Below are positions 30,404-41,730 of a DNA stretch of 64,000 nt, one piece after another. Both the position numbers and the translations under genes were made by a program. The DNA comes from an uncultured Candidatus Rokubacteria bacterium (GTDB lineage Bacteria > Methylomirabilota > Methylomirabilia > Rokubacteriales > DASRDR01). The stretch's first letter is position 1. Each line of letters begins with the position of its first letter. The notes beneath the pieces were generated by a model. That model saw nothing but the letters and a program-made list of their open reading frames with translations, had not been told where the DNA came from and did not search any database. The stretch is taken from NCBI GenBank assembly GCA_963708025.1, contig CAVPSB010000018.1:416001-480000 (forward strand), given 5' to 3'.

Positions 30404-31972
30404 ATGAACCCCGACATGGCGCCGGTCACCCTCTATGTCAACGGCCGGATCCTCACGATGGTTCCCGGGGCGCCGGTCGCCGCCGCCCTGGCCGTCCGGG
30501 ACGGCCGGGTCGCGGCCGTGGGGGACGCCGAGGGGGTCCTGGCCCTGCGGGGCCGCGACACGGAGGTCGTGGACCTGGCCGGGCGGACCGTCGTCCCCGG
30601 CTTCGTCGACCCCCACAACCACTTCGCGGCCGGCGCGCTCGAAGCGTTCGCGGCGGACTGCCACACGCCGCCGGTCCGGACGATCTCCGAGATCCAGGCC
30701 GCGCTCCGCGGGGCCGCCGCCTCGACACCCCCCGGCGAGTGGGTGCGGGGCGTGGGCTACCATCACGCCCACCTGGCCGAGCGCCGGCACCCCACGCGCG
30801 GGGAGCTGGACGAGGCGGTGCCCGATCGGCCGGCGCTCCTGCTCCACTTCTCCTATCATCAGGGCGTGGCGAACACCCTGGCCCTGGCGGCCGCCGGCAT
30901 CGGGCGCGGGACGCCGGATCCCCCGGGTGGCGGGATCGGCCGCGACCGGGCCGGGGAGCCGACCGGCCTCCTCTTCGAGCGGGCGATGGCGGTCGCCGAG
31001 CGCGCGTCGCGCGAGGGCCTGGAGCGCCGGTTCGGCGAGGTGGCGGAGGCGGCCAGCCGGCGCTTCGCCGCGGTGGGCCTGACGACGGTGCAGGACGCGG
31101 CGGTGAGCGAGGGGCTGGAGCGCCGGTACGCCGAGGCCGAGCGGGCGGGGCGGCTGGCCATCCGGGTCGAGCGGATGGTGGTCAGCCCGGGCGGCTGGTT
31201 CGAGCCGCCCTGGGCCGAGGCCCGGACGCGGGGCGAGGGTCGCACGCTCAAGGTCTTCGTGGACGGCGGGTACCGCTGCGCGATGCGGCTGCCCCGCGAC
31301 GGCCGCGAGGTCACGAGCGGCTTCCTCTTCTACAGCCGGGAGGAGCTGGCCGAGCTCCTGGTCACGGCGTGGCGGCAGGGCTGGCGGGTCACCTGTCACG
31401 CGCTCGGCAACCTCGGTGTCGAGACCTGCGTGGACGCCATCGAGGACGCCCTCGCTTGCGAGCCGAGCGGGGAGGGACGGGTGCGGATGGACCACGCGAT
31501 GTTCCTCACGCCGGTGCTCATCGGGCGGATCCGCGCTCTCGGCCTGCCCGTCGTGACCCAGCCGTCGTTCCTCCACGACCAGGGCGCGCCAGCCGTCCGG
31601 CTGCTGGACGGTCTCCGGTGTCACGCGTTCGGCAGTCTGCGGGCGGCCGGCATCCCCCAGGCCTTCGCCTCCGATTACCCGTGCGGCAGCGTCGCGCCGC
31701 TGGTCGGGATCCAGGCCGCGGTGACCCGGCGCTCGCGGGAGGGCGAGCTCCTGGATCCCGAGGAGGGCATCCCGGCGGAGGCGGCGCTGGCCGCGTACAC
31801 GCTCGAGGCCGCGCGGGCGTGCGGGCTCGAGGCCGAGTGCGGCAGCCTGGAGGCGGGGAAGCGCGCCGACCTCGTGATCCTCGACGCGAACCCGCTGGAG
31901 GCGCCGGGGGAGGTGCTGGCCGGGATCCGGGTCACCGGCACGCTGGTTGCGGGCCGCCCGGTGTGGCCGTGA
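30404..31972 (+). CDS. Amidohydrolase 3 (YtcJ-like)
   Basis: PGFVDPHNH, KVFVDGG, CHALG, MDHA, GSLEAGKRADLVIL. Confidence 0.88.
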   Translation: MNPDMAPVTLYVNGRILTMVPGAPVAAALAVRDGRVAAVGDAEGVLALRGRDTEVVDLAGRTVVPGFVDPHNHFAAGALEAFAADCHTPPVRTISEIQAALRGAAASTPPGEWVRGVGYHHAHLAERRHPTRGELDEAVPDRPALLLHFSYHQGVANTLALAAAGIGRGTPDPPGGGIGRDRAGEPTGLLFERAMAVAERASREGLERRFGEVAEAASRRFAAVGLTTVQDAAVSEGLERRYAEAERAGRLAIRVERMVVSPGGWFEPPWAEARTRGEGRTLKVFVDGGYRCAMRLPRDGREVTSGFLFYSREELAELLVTAWRQGWRVTCHALGNLGVETCVDAIEDALACEPSGEGRVRMDHAMFLTPVLIGRIRALGLPVVTQPSFLHDQGAPAVRLLDGLRCHAFGSLRAAGIPQAFASDYPCGSVAPLVGIQAAVTRRSREGELLDPEEGIPAEAALAAYTLEAARACGLEAECGSLEAGKRADLVILDANPLEAPGEVLAGIRVTGTLVAGRPVWP

Positions 31973-32014
31973 GCGCCTCGGGCGGGAACCGGCCCGCTGT
32001 CCGGTGGTCTAACC

Positions 32015-32575
32015 GTGCGTGAGCCGCCCTCCGGGGACGACGCGGGGTTCGTCGAGCGGCTGCGGGCCGGCGAGGGGCGGGCCTTCGAGGAGCTGGTGCG
32101 CCTCTACCAGCACCGCGTCTTCGGGGTGGCGGTGCGGATGCTCGGCAACGGCGCCGAGGCCGAGGAGGTGGCCCAGGAGGTCTTCCTCCGCGTCCACCGC
32201 GCGATCGGCGAGTTCCGGGGCGAGGCGAAGCTCTCGACGTGGCTGTACACGATCGCCTCGCGGCTCTGCCTCACCCGCCTGGGCGCCGGGGATCGCCGGC
32301 ACGGGCGGGAGGGCGAGGAGACGCTGGAGCGGCTCGCCAACGGCCACGCCGACCCGGCGGTCACGCTGGAGCGGAGCGAGGTGGAGGCGGCCCTGCATCG
32401 GGCCATCGCCGAGCTGCCGGAGGAGCGACGCATCGTGGTGGTCCTGCGCGACCTGGAGGGGCTAGCCTACGAGGAGATCGCGGCGGTGCTCGACCTGCCG
32501 CTCGGGACGGTGCGGTCGCGGCTCCACCGGGCGCGGCTGGATCTGAAGGACAAGCTGGAGCGGTTCTTCCCATGA
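32015..32575 (+). CDS. ECF sigma factor
   Basis: AEEVAQEVFL, STWLYTIA, YEEIA..LDLPLGTVRSRLHRAR. Confidence 0.93.
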   Translation: MREPPSGDDAGFVERLRAGEGRAFEELVRLYQHRVFGVAVRMLGNGAEAEEVAQEVFLRVHRAIGEFRGEAKLSTWLYTIASRLCLTRLGAGDRRHGREGEETLERLANGHADPAVTLERSEVEAALHRAIAELPEERRIVVVLRDLEGLAYEEIAAVLDLPLGTVRSRLHRARLDLKDKLERFFP

Positions 32576-33675
32576 CGTGTCACGACGCGCGCGAGCTGTT
32601 CTCGGCCCGGGTCGACGGCGCGCTCACCGACGAGGAGCGCCGCGGTCTCGACGCCCACCTGGCCGGCTGCCCGGAGTGCCGGCGGGAGCTGGCGCGCTTC
32701 GAGGCCACCGTCGCGCTCCTCCACGCCGCCCCAACGGCCCGGGCGCCGGTCGGCTTCGTCGACCGTGTCCTCGAGGCCGCCCGACCGGTGCCCTGGACCG
32801 TGCGCCTGCGGCGCCGGCTCCTCTCGCCGCTGGCGCTCCGACGACCGATCGAGGTGACCGTCGTCGCCCTGGTCGCGCTGACCGCCGTCTATGTCTACGA
32901 GCGCACGCCGGAGCTTCGGGACGCGGCGCGCCCGGCGATGGCGCCGCCGGCCCCCGTGGCCCAGGCCCCGAAGCCCGCGGAGTCCCCCGTGTCCAGGTAC
33001 GAGACTGCGCCCTCGACGGTCGAGCGAATCCCCCCCATCAAGCCGCGGGCAAAGGAGGAGCAGGTCGCCGAGATGCGGGACGCGGCGCGCAGCCTCGCGA
33101 AGGCGCCCGCCGAGGTGACTCCGCCCCCCGCGCCGCCGCCGCCCCGCTCGGAGCCGACCTCACCCGCCGCTGGCACGGCGGTGGTCCCTGCGATGCCGCC
33201 GGTGCCCCGCCCAGAGCCGGTCTCGCCCGCCGCTGGCACGGCGGCAGTCCCCGCGTCGCCGCCGGCGGCACCGGAAGCGGCGCGCGCCGAGGCGAAGGCC
33301 CGCGCCGTCGAGTCGGCCGGCGAGCGCGAGCGGCAGGCGAAGGAAGCCGAGGGGAGTGGGAAGACCGCCGCCATGGCGCGCTCGTCGGCCCTCACGGGCC
33401 GGATGGCGGCGGCGCCCGACGTCGCCGGGACGCTGACCGTCACGGACCGGGACGCCGCCCGCCGCGCGCTCGCCGAGCTGAGCGCCCGGCTGGGCGGCGC
33501 CGAGCTCTTCCGGCGCGCGGACGTCGAGGCGTCGAGCGTTGACCTCGTCGTCCCGGGCACGGCCTACGCCGAGCTGGCCGAAGCTCTCGGTCGGATCGGC
33601 CGGTGGCAGCCGGACTCCGTGCCCTCTCCGCTCCCCGCGCAGATCCGCGTCAGCGTTCGCCTCGCGGCGCCCTGA
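32572..33675 (+). CDS. Zinc-finger (HC2) anti-sigma factor
   Basis: ATGA overlap; HLAGCPEC motif, TM, Pro/Ala-rich extracytoplasmic region. Confidence 0.85.
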   Translation: MTCHDARELFSARVDGALTDEERRGLDAHLAGCPECRRELARFEATVALLHAAPTARAPVGFVDRVLEAARPVPWTVRLRRRLLSPLALRRPIEVTVVALVALTAVYVYERTPELRDAARPAMAPPAPVAQAPKPAESPVSRYETAPSTVERIPPIKPRAKEEQVAEMRDAARSLAKAPAEVTPPPAPPPPRSEPTSPAAGTAVVPAMPPVPRPEPVSPAAGTAAVPASPPAAPEAARAEAKARAVESAGERERQAKEAEGSGKTAAMARSSALTGRMAAAPDVAGTLTVTDRDAARRALAELSARLGGAELFRRADVEASSVDLVVPGTAYAELAEALGRIGRWQPDSVPSPLPAQIRVSVRLAAP

Positions 33676-33757
33676 CTCGCCCCGGGAACTTCCCGGACCT
33701 CCTCCGGTCTAACCGGCCAGACGCACGACATCGCCGGACCACCGGGAGGATTCGCCC

Positions 33758-35182
33758 ATGAAGACCGCTCGAAGCGCGCCGCTGATCCTGCTCCTGCTGC
33801 TGACCGCGTCGCTCGCCGACGCCGCCCCGCTGAGCATCACCCGCGAGGACCAGCGCGAGGTGATGGTGACCATCTACAACGGCAACCTCGGCCTCGTGAA
33901 GGACGTGCGCGAGGTCCGGCTGCCGGCCGGCACCACCGAGGTGCGGTTCATGGACGTGGCCGCCCAGATCGATCCCACCACCGTGCACCTGCAGCTCGCT
34001 GACGGCCCCGGCCGGGCTCAAGATCCTCGAGCAGAACTACGAGTACGACCTGCTGTCGAGCGAGAAGCTCCTGGAGAAGTACGTCGGCAAGACCGTGCGG
34101 CTCTACCAGAGCGACGGGACCTATCACGAGGCCACAGCTGCTCACCACGCGCGGCCCGGTCTTCGAGATCAACGGCCAGATCCACCTGGGCCACTACGGC
34201 CGCATGGTGCTGCCCTCGCTGCCCGAGAACCTGGTGGCCAAGCCCACGCTGGTCTGGCTGCTGCGCAACCAGACCGCCGGCGGCGCAGCGGGTCGAGGCC
34301 TCGTACCTGACCGGCGGCATCACCTGGAAGGCCGACTACGTCATGGTCCTCAACGCCGCCGACGACCGCGCCGACCTCACCGGCTGGGTGACGATCGACA
34401 ACAAGAGCGGCGCCACCTACGGCAACGCCGCGCTGAAGCTGGTGGCCGGCGACGTCAACCGCGCCCAGGACGCGCGCCGCGACGGCCCGGATGATGGAGG
34501 TGGCCGCCAAGGCCGCCAGTCGCCGCGGAGGCGAGCCGCGAGTTCGCCGCCGAGGGCTTCTTCGAGTACCACCTCTACACGCTCGACGGCCGGACCACGA
34601 TCAAGGACAGCCAGACCAAGCAGCTCACGCTGCATGAGCGGCGAACGACGTGCCGGTGCAGCAAGCAGCTCTATCTACTACGGCGCCGCAGGACTACTAC
34701 CGGAACGCGTACGGCATGCCGATCTCCAACCAGAAGGTGGCGGTCCTTCTCGAGGTCAGGAACAGCAAGGAGAACCGGCTCGGCGTGCCGCTGCCCAAGG
34801 GCAAGGTGCGCGTCTACAAGGCGGACGCGGGTCGGGCAGCCAGCAGTTCATCGGCGAGGACTGGATCGACCACACGCCCAAGGACGAGCGGGTGAAGATC
34901 AAGCTGGGCGAACGCCTTCGACGTGGTCGGCGAGCGCACGCAGAAGGACTGGCGGAAGCTCGGCCGGCAACCTCTACGAGGTCGAGTGGGAGATCTCGCT
35001 GCGCAACCACAAGAAGGAGGACCAGACGGTGACGGTGATCGAGCCGGTCCCCGGCGACTGGCAGGTCCTCCACTCGACCCACCCCTACGAGAAGCTCGAG
35101 GCCCACACGCTGCGGTTCTCAGATCCCGGTGCCGAAGGAAGGGGCCGTCAAGCTCGTGTACCGGGTCCGGCTCCGCTTCTGA
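33758..35182 (+). CDS. DUF4139/DUF4140 domain exported protein, multiple frameshifts
   Basis: [53 protein letters not shown] spread over several frames. Confidence 0.8.
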
Positions 35183-35956
35183 TCCCGCGGATCCCGGGAT
35201 TCCCAAATGAAACGCCGAATGGCCCGGGCAGTCCGGTCGTCTACCCAGCTGACGGCGGCGATCGTGGCGGGATTGAGGGAGCCTACTCCGCGGCGGACTG
35301 GCTGCGGGACGTTCCTTCAGCCCCGGGGGTGCGTCGATCGGCGTCGCCTGCAGAGTGCTCCCAACAGAACCCCCCGCCTAACGGCTCCGGGGGTCTCCAG
35401 CATCGGACGCGCCCACGGCCCACGATCACGATGAAGGCCGCGCAGGGCTCCCAGGACGTGGTGCGTCTCGGCGGTCGCGGCTCGAGTCGGGCGCTCTCGG
35501 CGAGGGCGGCGTGGCTCTTCGCCAGCGTCGCGTCCATCGTGGCCCGCGTGATCGCCGTCTGGTTCTGGATCCCATTCAGGATCGTCACGACTGTCATCCC
35601 ACCCTCCAGGGAGCCGGCCGTACCTCTCGCCGGGACCTGGCAGCGAAGGAGAGCAGCGGCCGTGCCAACGGGAAGTGCCGTAGAACCCAGAGGTTAGGCG
35701 CGCGGCCCGCACCGCGTGTGGTGGTGGTGCCGAAAGTTCGGCCGACCGGGAGGTCGGGGAGCCTTCGATGACTAGGCGCGCATGGTGGCCGTCTGGGTCC
35801 TGGGGACAGTCCTGATGACCGCCGTGGCGCTCGCTGGGATGCGGGCGGGGTGGGCTAGGTAGGCTCTGAAGGTATCGGATTTTCCGATAGGCCTGGCGTC
35901 CCTCGACGGACACCTTGCGACTTGGGTCGCGCCACTCCAGCGGCGAGGCCCAGGCC

Positions 35957-36355
35957 CTACCGACTCCGTCTCGCCAGCCCCGCGGCGACCGCCTCCTTGA
36001 GCTGCGCCAGCGTGATCGGCTTCGGCAGTCGCGCGACGACGTTCATTGTGAGCTCTCCGGCGGGCTCCTCGTCGAGAAACCCGGAGATGATCAGCACGGG
36101 AATCCGCCGGAGGATCGGCGACTGCTCGAGATGTCGCAAGACTGCCTCTCCGGCGAGCTCCGGCATGCGGAGGTCCAGGATCATCAGATCGGGCACCACC
36201 GTGCGCATGAGCTCGATCGCGTCCCGACCTGTGCGGGCTTCAACGGTTCGATATCCGGCTTGGTCCAGCGCCTCAGTCCAGAGCGCGCGAACAAGGTCAT
36301 CGTCGTCGGCGATCAGGATCCACGGCACGCCGCTCACCGTAGGAGCAGCGACCAA
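35957..36355 (-). CDS. Single-domain response regulator
   Basis: ILIADDD, PDLMILDLRMP, IISG, PKP. Confidence 0.88.
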   Translation of the reverse strand: MVAAPTVSGVPWILIADDDDLVRALWTEALDQAGYRTVEARTGRDAIELMRTVVPDLMILDLRMPELAGEAVLRHLEQSPILRRIPVLIISGFLDEEPAGELTMNVVARLPKPITLAQLKEAVAAGLARRSR

Positions 36356-36489
36356 TGGCTGTCAAGCCTTATCGCGATCGGTTCCTCGCGCCACCTCCCC
36401 CTCCCGCCGCCGCAACGCCGCCCACACACCCCTGGGGCAGGAGTGACGTGCCTCCCTCGCCACGCCTTCACCTCACTCCTTCGGGCTCC

Positions 36490-36890
36490 CGTCCCTCCTC
36501 CGTCAGGAGCCACTGCAGCGCCGCGCCCAGCTCCGCCACGGTCATGGGGGTGTCAACATAGGCGTCAAACGCAGCGGCCCGCGCGGCCTCGGCGAATTTC
36601 GGTCCGGCCAGTCCCGTGAGCGCGACGAGCTTGACTTCGCGCCGCGTGTGATCAGCGCGCAGTCGGCGGGCAAAGTTCAGCCCGCCTCAGGCCCGGCAGG
36701 GTCAGATCCACCCAATCAGGTCGGGTGTCACGCGGTTCAGGGCGGCGAGGGCCGCCTCGGCGGGCTCGGCCACGAGGACGACGGCCTCGGTCTGCCGCAG
36801 TGGCCGCTCCAGAAAGAGGCGAACGCTCCAGTCGGCCTCCACGATGAAGATCCGGTGGCACAGGACCGGAAGGCTCGGCGCGGGCGGCAT
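36490..36890 (-). pseudogene. Degenerate receiver-domain gene
   Basis: IFIVEAD...TPDLI, DLTLPG and KLVALTG fragments in different frames. Confidence 0.45.
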
Positions 36891-36935
36891 GACGGAGTGC
36901 GACCCCAGCATCATGGGCGACGACGCGGCCCCGCG

Positions 36936-37319
36936 TCAACCGCGCGAGCGGACGATCCACAATCCGAACGTCGCGGGGAGTGGACCGCGCGAGACGATCC
37001 CACGGCGGCGCGGCGCCGTCCGGCGGTTGGAGGCGATCTTCGTGAGAGTCCGGCGGCGCTCGTGGGTCCGCCGATCCAGGACGACGGCAATGCCCGCAAG
37101 GTCCTCGAGCGCGCCGCGCAGGTGCCAGAAGAGCGGCCGGGCCTCGCGCGCGACAACGATGAGCACGTGGCCGGGCGGCAAGGGAGTCGGCGGCAGCCGA
37201 TCCTGGCCCGTCCGAACGCGCTCGGCGCAGCGGTCGCAGATGCCGTGCGTGACCGCGGTGTCCTCATAGGGCGACACCTGGCCCATCACGACCCCGCACC
37301 ACGCGCAGACCCGGAACAC
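36936..37319 (-). CDS. Hypothetical Cys-motif protein (CAWC...THGICxxC, DRR..RR)
   Basis: Paralog of 37431-37859. Confidence 0.65.
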   Translation of the reverse strand: MFRVCAWCGVVMGQVSPYEDTAVTHGICDRCAERVRTGQDRLPPTPLPPGHVLIVVAREARPLFWHLRGALEDLAGIAVVLDRRTHERRRTLTKIASNRRTAPRRRGIVSRGPLPATFGLWIVRSRG

Positions 37320-37430
37320 CGAGGCGGCCTCGCCCCATTCGCCGGTGGGGGCGACCCTACGAACGGGGTCGGAGAGTCGTCAAGTTCAGTTTGACGGTGA
37401 CGCTGGCTGGTGCTGTCGGCACGTGCCCTG

Positions 37431-37859
37431 TCACGTCGATCCAGCCGGGCTCGCGTTAGGCCGACAGTCTGTGTGATCGCCCTCGGGACGGGCGGCCGCT
37501 GGCCGAGGGCGGACGAGCATCCACCCTCGCGTCAGCAGGTCGGAACCCGGGGCGCGGCGATCCTCGCCGCGGTACTCAGCCCGCTTGGAGACCTCGTTGG
37601 GGCGAACCCCCGTGCGGCGATCCCACAGCACGGCAGTCGGCGTCGAGTAGACCTCGGGCGGAAGCGTGAGATGCCCGGCGCCTGGCGGCGCGCGGCGGGA
37701 GAGGATCAGGAGGGCGCGGGGCGGCGGTGGAGGCTCAGCGCCGCCGTCCCCCTCGGCCCGGGCTCGACAGGGCTCACAAATCCCGTGCGTCACCTCCCAG
37801 TCATGGAAGGGCGACTTGACGCCGAGGAACAGGCCGCACCATGCGCAGTCTCGGATCAC
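37431..37859 (-). CDS. Hypothetical Cys-motif protein (CAWC...THGICxxC, DRR)
   Basis: Paralog of 36936-37319. Confidence 0.6.
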   Translation of the reverse strand: MIRDCAWCGLFLGVKSPFHDWEVTHGICEPCRARAEGDGGAEPPPPPRALLILSRRAPPGAGHLTLPPEVYSTPTAVLWDRRTGVRPNEVSKRAEYRGEDRRAPGSDLLTRGWMLVRPRPAAARPEGDHTDCRPNASPAGST

Positions 37860-38348
37860 GAGGTCCCCCCCCGGTCGGAATCCCAAATGGGAATGTCACC
37901 GTAAGGGAGAGCCGCCCGGCGTGTCAATCCTCGTTGGCTGTTGAGTGGTACAGAGGGCGCCGCCTCGCCCCTGGTCAGTTCGCGACCAGGCCGATCTCTC
38001 GGCTCATCTGAGAGTCGTTCTCCCGCGGACCTTTACGTCGGGCCTGCGAGTTGCGCCGCCCATCCGGCCGCGATCAAGACATCTGCATTGGGGGGAGAAC
38101 GGAAGTGGAGGTGGGCTGGCGAGTGCTCGGCGAGGTCATGATTCTCGGCGGGTTCGTCCTGCTCGCGTTGCTCCTCGGTCTCGGTTTCACGGGCAGCCCA
38201 TGACCCCGCCGCGCGTGCTCGTCGAAGGGGCGGTCATCGGAACCAGGAACGACTTTGAACCAGGCCTTCTGCGGCCGCCCGGTGACGCCCAGCTCGGCCG
38301 AATCTTCGGACATGAAGGGAGCCGAAAGGTGCTTTGGACGGCAGGTCC

Positions 38349-39733
38349 CTATGCGGGCTGCGGCTCCGCCGTCACCGGGTCCAGGCCGAGGCGGAGCTGG
38401 AATTCGCGGCGGAGCAGCAGGAGAGCCATCACCATCTGCAGGGTGACGGCACCCACCGAGAGGTACCAGATCCAGCGCAGCTCGAAGCCCGGGACCCGCG
38501 ACAGCAGGAACGCAGGGACGGCGACCACCAGGATGCGGACGAACGACGCGATGAGCGACGGCATGGTGTTGCCCATCGCCTGGAACATGCTCGAGGCGAC
38601 GAAGACGATGCCCGACGCGACGAAGTTCCAGGACACGATGCGCAGGTACTCCTCGCCGACCGCGACGACCTGCGGGTCCGTGGAGAAGACGCGGATCATG
38701 GCGGCCGGCGCGATGTGACAGCAGAGGGCGAGGAGCACCATCGCGCGACCCGGCCATCAGAGCAGCCGTCCGGAACGTGTCGCGCACGCGCTGCGGCCTG
38801 CGCGCGCCGAAGTTCTGCCCCGCCACCGGCGCGACCGCGAAGCCGAGCGCCACCACCGGCATGAAGCCCGCCTGGATCGATGCGCATGCCGATGCCGAAG
38901 CCCGCCTGGGCCGCGGCGCCGAACGGCCGGCTGATGACGTAGACGATGAACAGGTAGACGGCCATCAGCGCGAACTCGGCGCCGGCGGGCAGGCCGATCT
39001 TGAGCAGGCGACGCCACAGGGCCGACGTCGCGGCTTCCAGTCGCACCGGCACGAACTTCAGGTACGCGTCCGTCGGCAGGAAGTAGAGCGCGAGCCACAC
39101 GGTGCCCGACCGCGACCGCGATCGAACGTGGCGAGCGCCGCGCCGGCGACGCCGAGCGGGCGATGGCGTGACCCAGCCGAAGATCAGGAACGGCGCCAGG
39201 ATCATGTTGAGGATGACCGTCGCCGTCTGCACGACCATCCCCGGCTTGAAGTTGCCGGTGCCGCGCAGCGCCGCGCCCATCGCGACCATGCCGAACTGGA
39301 GCGCCAGCGCCGGGATGAACCACGCGCAGGTACTCGCCGGCCAGGCGCCGCGGTCGCGGCGTCGGCGCTCAGCGCGCGGCGTAGCGCGTCCGGAGCGCCG
39401 TCGCGAGCAAGGCGAAGAACGCGCCGCGCGACCAGGACCGAGAGCACCAGCGACTGGTTGAAGACGCAGCAGCGGCCTGCTCGCGGTCCTTGCGGCCCGG
39501 CGGCGTGCGAGACCAGCGTCGTCGTGCCGACGCCGAGCATCTGCGTCAGCGCGAGCACGATGAACATCAGGTTGCCGGCGATCGCCGACCGCCGCGACGG
39601 CCTCCTTGCCGAGCGCCCGACCCAGTAGAGGTCGATCAGGAAGTAGAGCGTCTGGAAGACCATCGTGACCAGCATGAAGCTCGGTGGTCTTGAGCAGGTG
39701 GCGGAGACCGGAGCCGGTGGTCAGGTCCTGCAT
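38349..39733 (-). CDS. MATE family efflux transporter, many frameshifts
   Basis: MQDLTTGS, DLYWVG, LKIGLPAG, GQNFGA, FQAMGNT distributed over frames. Confidence 0.82.
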
Positions 39734-40142
39734 GCCGGCAATCTAACACCAAACGCGCTGCGGACGAGCCGGGTCCCTGTACACTCTTCCGCGATCGGCA
39801 TGCTCGCCATCGGATCGTCGCGCGTTCTCACGGCGGCTTCATGGCCGCCACCAAACCGCGGCACAATCCTGCACCAAGCCGCCAAACGCCTCCCTCCAGT
39901 CCGTGAGGGGCTACGGCACCTCACGCGCCAGGACGTTCTGACAGTCGCCGCCGAACTTTTCGGCAGCGCCACCGCCCACCACCACCTCGCCCTCCCGCTC
40001 ATTGCCCGAAGTTCGCGCCCCGGCACGCTCGATGCCCGGGCACTTCGTTTGCTAGATCCGCTACAGGGGCTGCTCCTAGGGAGAGTTGACGAGCGCAGGC
40101 CTCTCGACGTGGAAAAGCCTGGGAAAGCCTGGGGTGAAGGAC

Positions 40143-40868
40143 ATGGCGCAGGAAGACCGGGCGGATCAGGGAGCCAGGAAACGCCAAACGCTCGCCGAAA
40201 TCCGGGCGGAGATTGATCGGCTATACTCCCTACGGGAGGACGATGAGCCGCCGGCCCAACCTCGTCCTCGGCGGAGGCTCGTCGCAGGGGTGGTCGCCGC
40301 TACGGTAGGCGCAGCCGTGATATCGGGCGTGCTGGTGGGTACACTGCTACCCCGACAGGCAGCTCGGGGGCAATCGAAGACACCGGTTACCATGGCACCC
40401 GCCCCGGTGCCGCGGTCGCCCGTGGTGAGCGAGCCCCAGCAGGCGGCGACCGACGTCGGGGATGCACCCGGGCCTGGTGCGACCTCGGACGACGAGGGTG
40501 TGCTGCGCGAGTCGGTGGACGTCTTGCTGGCCGCAACGAACCAGCGCGACCTCTCGGGCGTGCTCGCCTTCTACCCGGAGCGCGTGCCGCGATTCTACCT
40601 GGCGCGTGACGTGCCCCGCGATGTCGTCGCCGCCGACAAGGCCCGGCAGTTCCGCCAGGCGACGGTGCTCGACGTTCGTCGCACCAGCGACGTGGTGCTC
40701 ATCATCGATCCGGCCGGTGACGCCGCAGTGATGCGCTTCACCAAGCGTTACGTCATTACCGGACCGGGTCTGGATCGTCAGGGGGAGTCACTCCACGAGC
40801 TGCACTGGGCCAAGCGCGAGACCGGCTGGACGATCGTGAGCGAGCGCGATCTCCGCGTCCTCCGCTGA
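40143..40868 (+). CDS. Membrane-anchored protein with C-terminal NTF2-like domain
   Basis: TM, Pro-rich linker, ...RDLSGVLAFY...W.IVSE. Confidence 0.6.
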   Translation: MAQEDRADQGARKRQTLAEIRAEIDRLYSLREDDEPPAQPRPRRRLVAGVVAATVGAAVISGVLVGTLLPRQAARGQSKTPVTMAPAPVPRSPVVSEPQQAATDVGDAPGPGATSDDEGVLRESVDVLLAATNQRDLSGVLAFYPERVPRFYLARDVPRDVVAADKARQFRQATVLDVRRTSDVVLIIDPAGDAAVMRFTKRYVITGPGLDRQGESLHELHWAKRETGWTIVSERDLRVLR

Positions 40869-41019
40869 CTCGGGGGCGATTGCCCGCCTCACGGCGCGAA
40901 GTGCAGCCCCAGCGCAGCCGTCTGCTACTCGGCCAGCGCGCCAGCCCGGCTTACCCCCGCCCCCGTGCCGCTAGAAACCGTTATAACGCCGCTGGTGGGG
41001 CATCCCGGGGGCGCATAGA

Positions 41020-41358
41020 ATGCTGTGCGGCGGGTGCGACCAGCCCCTTGAGCCCCGGCGCCCGAATCACCAGTACCACTCGGCCGCCTGCCGGGTCCGG
41101 GGGCTGGCCCGCCGCCGGGCCGAGGACGGCCGGGCGGCGCTCGCGGCGCTCGACCGGCTCCGGAGCCGGGTAGCGGCCGAGGTCGCACGGTGGGAGGCGA
41201 TCGCCGCCGGTCGGAGCGGGGCAGGCGATGAGCCCGCTCGAGGCGATCGCCGGGCGGCTCGGGGCGCCGCACGGGAGGACGTGAACCGGGTCCGCGGGCC
41301 CATCCTGTACGTCATCATCCGGCTGCTGGACCAGAAAGGAGACCGCGCGTGCGGATGA
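41020..41358 (+). CDS. Hypothetical mobile-element protein with CxxC...H..C motif
   Basis: MLCGGCDQPL...YHSAACR. Confidence 0.45.
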   Translation: MLCGGCDQPLEPRRPNHQYHSAACRVRGLARRRAEDGRAALAALDRLRSRVAAEVARWEAIAAGRSGAGDEPARGDRRAARGAAREDVNRVRGPILYVIIRLLDQKGDRACG

Positions 41359-41651
41359 TCGGCCGCCTGATGCTACTCGCGATGACGCTGGCCGGCTGCG
41401 GCAGGCCACTGCCAGATACCGGCCCGAAGCTGACGCTCACTTGGGGGGCCGCGACGGATGCGGAGGAGTACGTGATCGAGCGCGCCGAGGCCGGGACATT
41501 CCGCGAGGTCGCCCGCGTGCCGGCGACTCGGACGGAGTATGTGGATCGGACGGTGCGGGCCGGCGTCGAGTACTGCTACCAGGTCCGGGCTCGGAACCGG
41601 CAGGGCGTCTCGCCGCCGGCGCCGCCGCAGTGCGGGACGCCGAAGCCGTGA
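41349..41651 (+). CDS. Fibronectin type III lipoprotein
   Basis: Lipobox LAGC; LTW...Y.IER...YVD......YCYQVRARN..G.S. Confidence 0.75.
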   Translation: MRMIGRLMLLAMTLAGCGRPLPDTGPKLTLTWGAATDAEEYVIERAEAGTFREVARVPATRTEYVDRTVRAGVEYCYQVRARNRQGVSPPAPPQCGTPKP

Positions 41652-41730
41652 CGGCCGCCCGGGCGAACCTGAGCCGGCAGGGGCGCGTGCAGGCGCAGGC
41701 GGCTCGGGGATGCGGAACTCCGGCGGCTGA

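Noticed and set aside
33159-33260. Duplicated SPAAGTA(V/A)VPA segment in the anti-sigma factor
   Set aside because: Ordinary low-complexity linker duplication
35283-35900. Short ORFs after the DUF4139 gene
   Set aside because: No recognisable motifs or consistent frame
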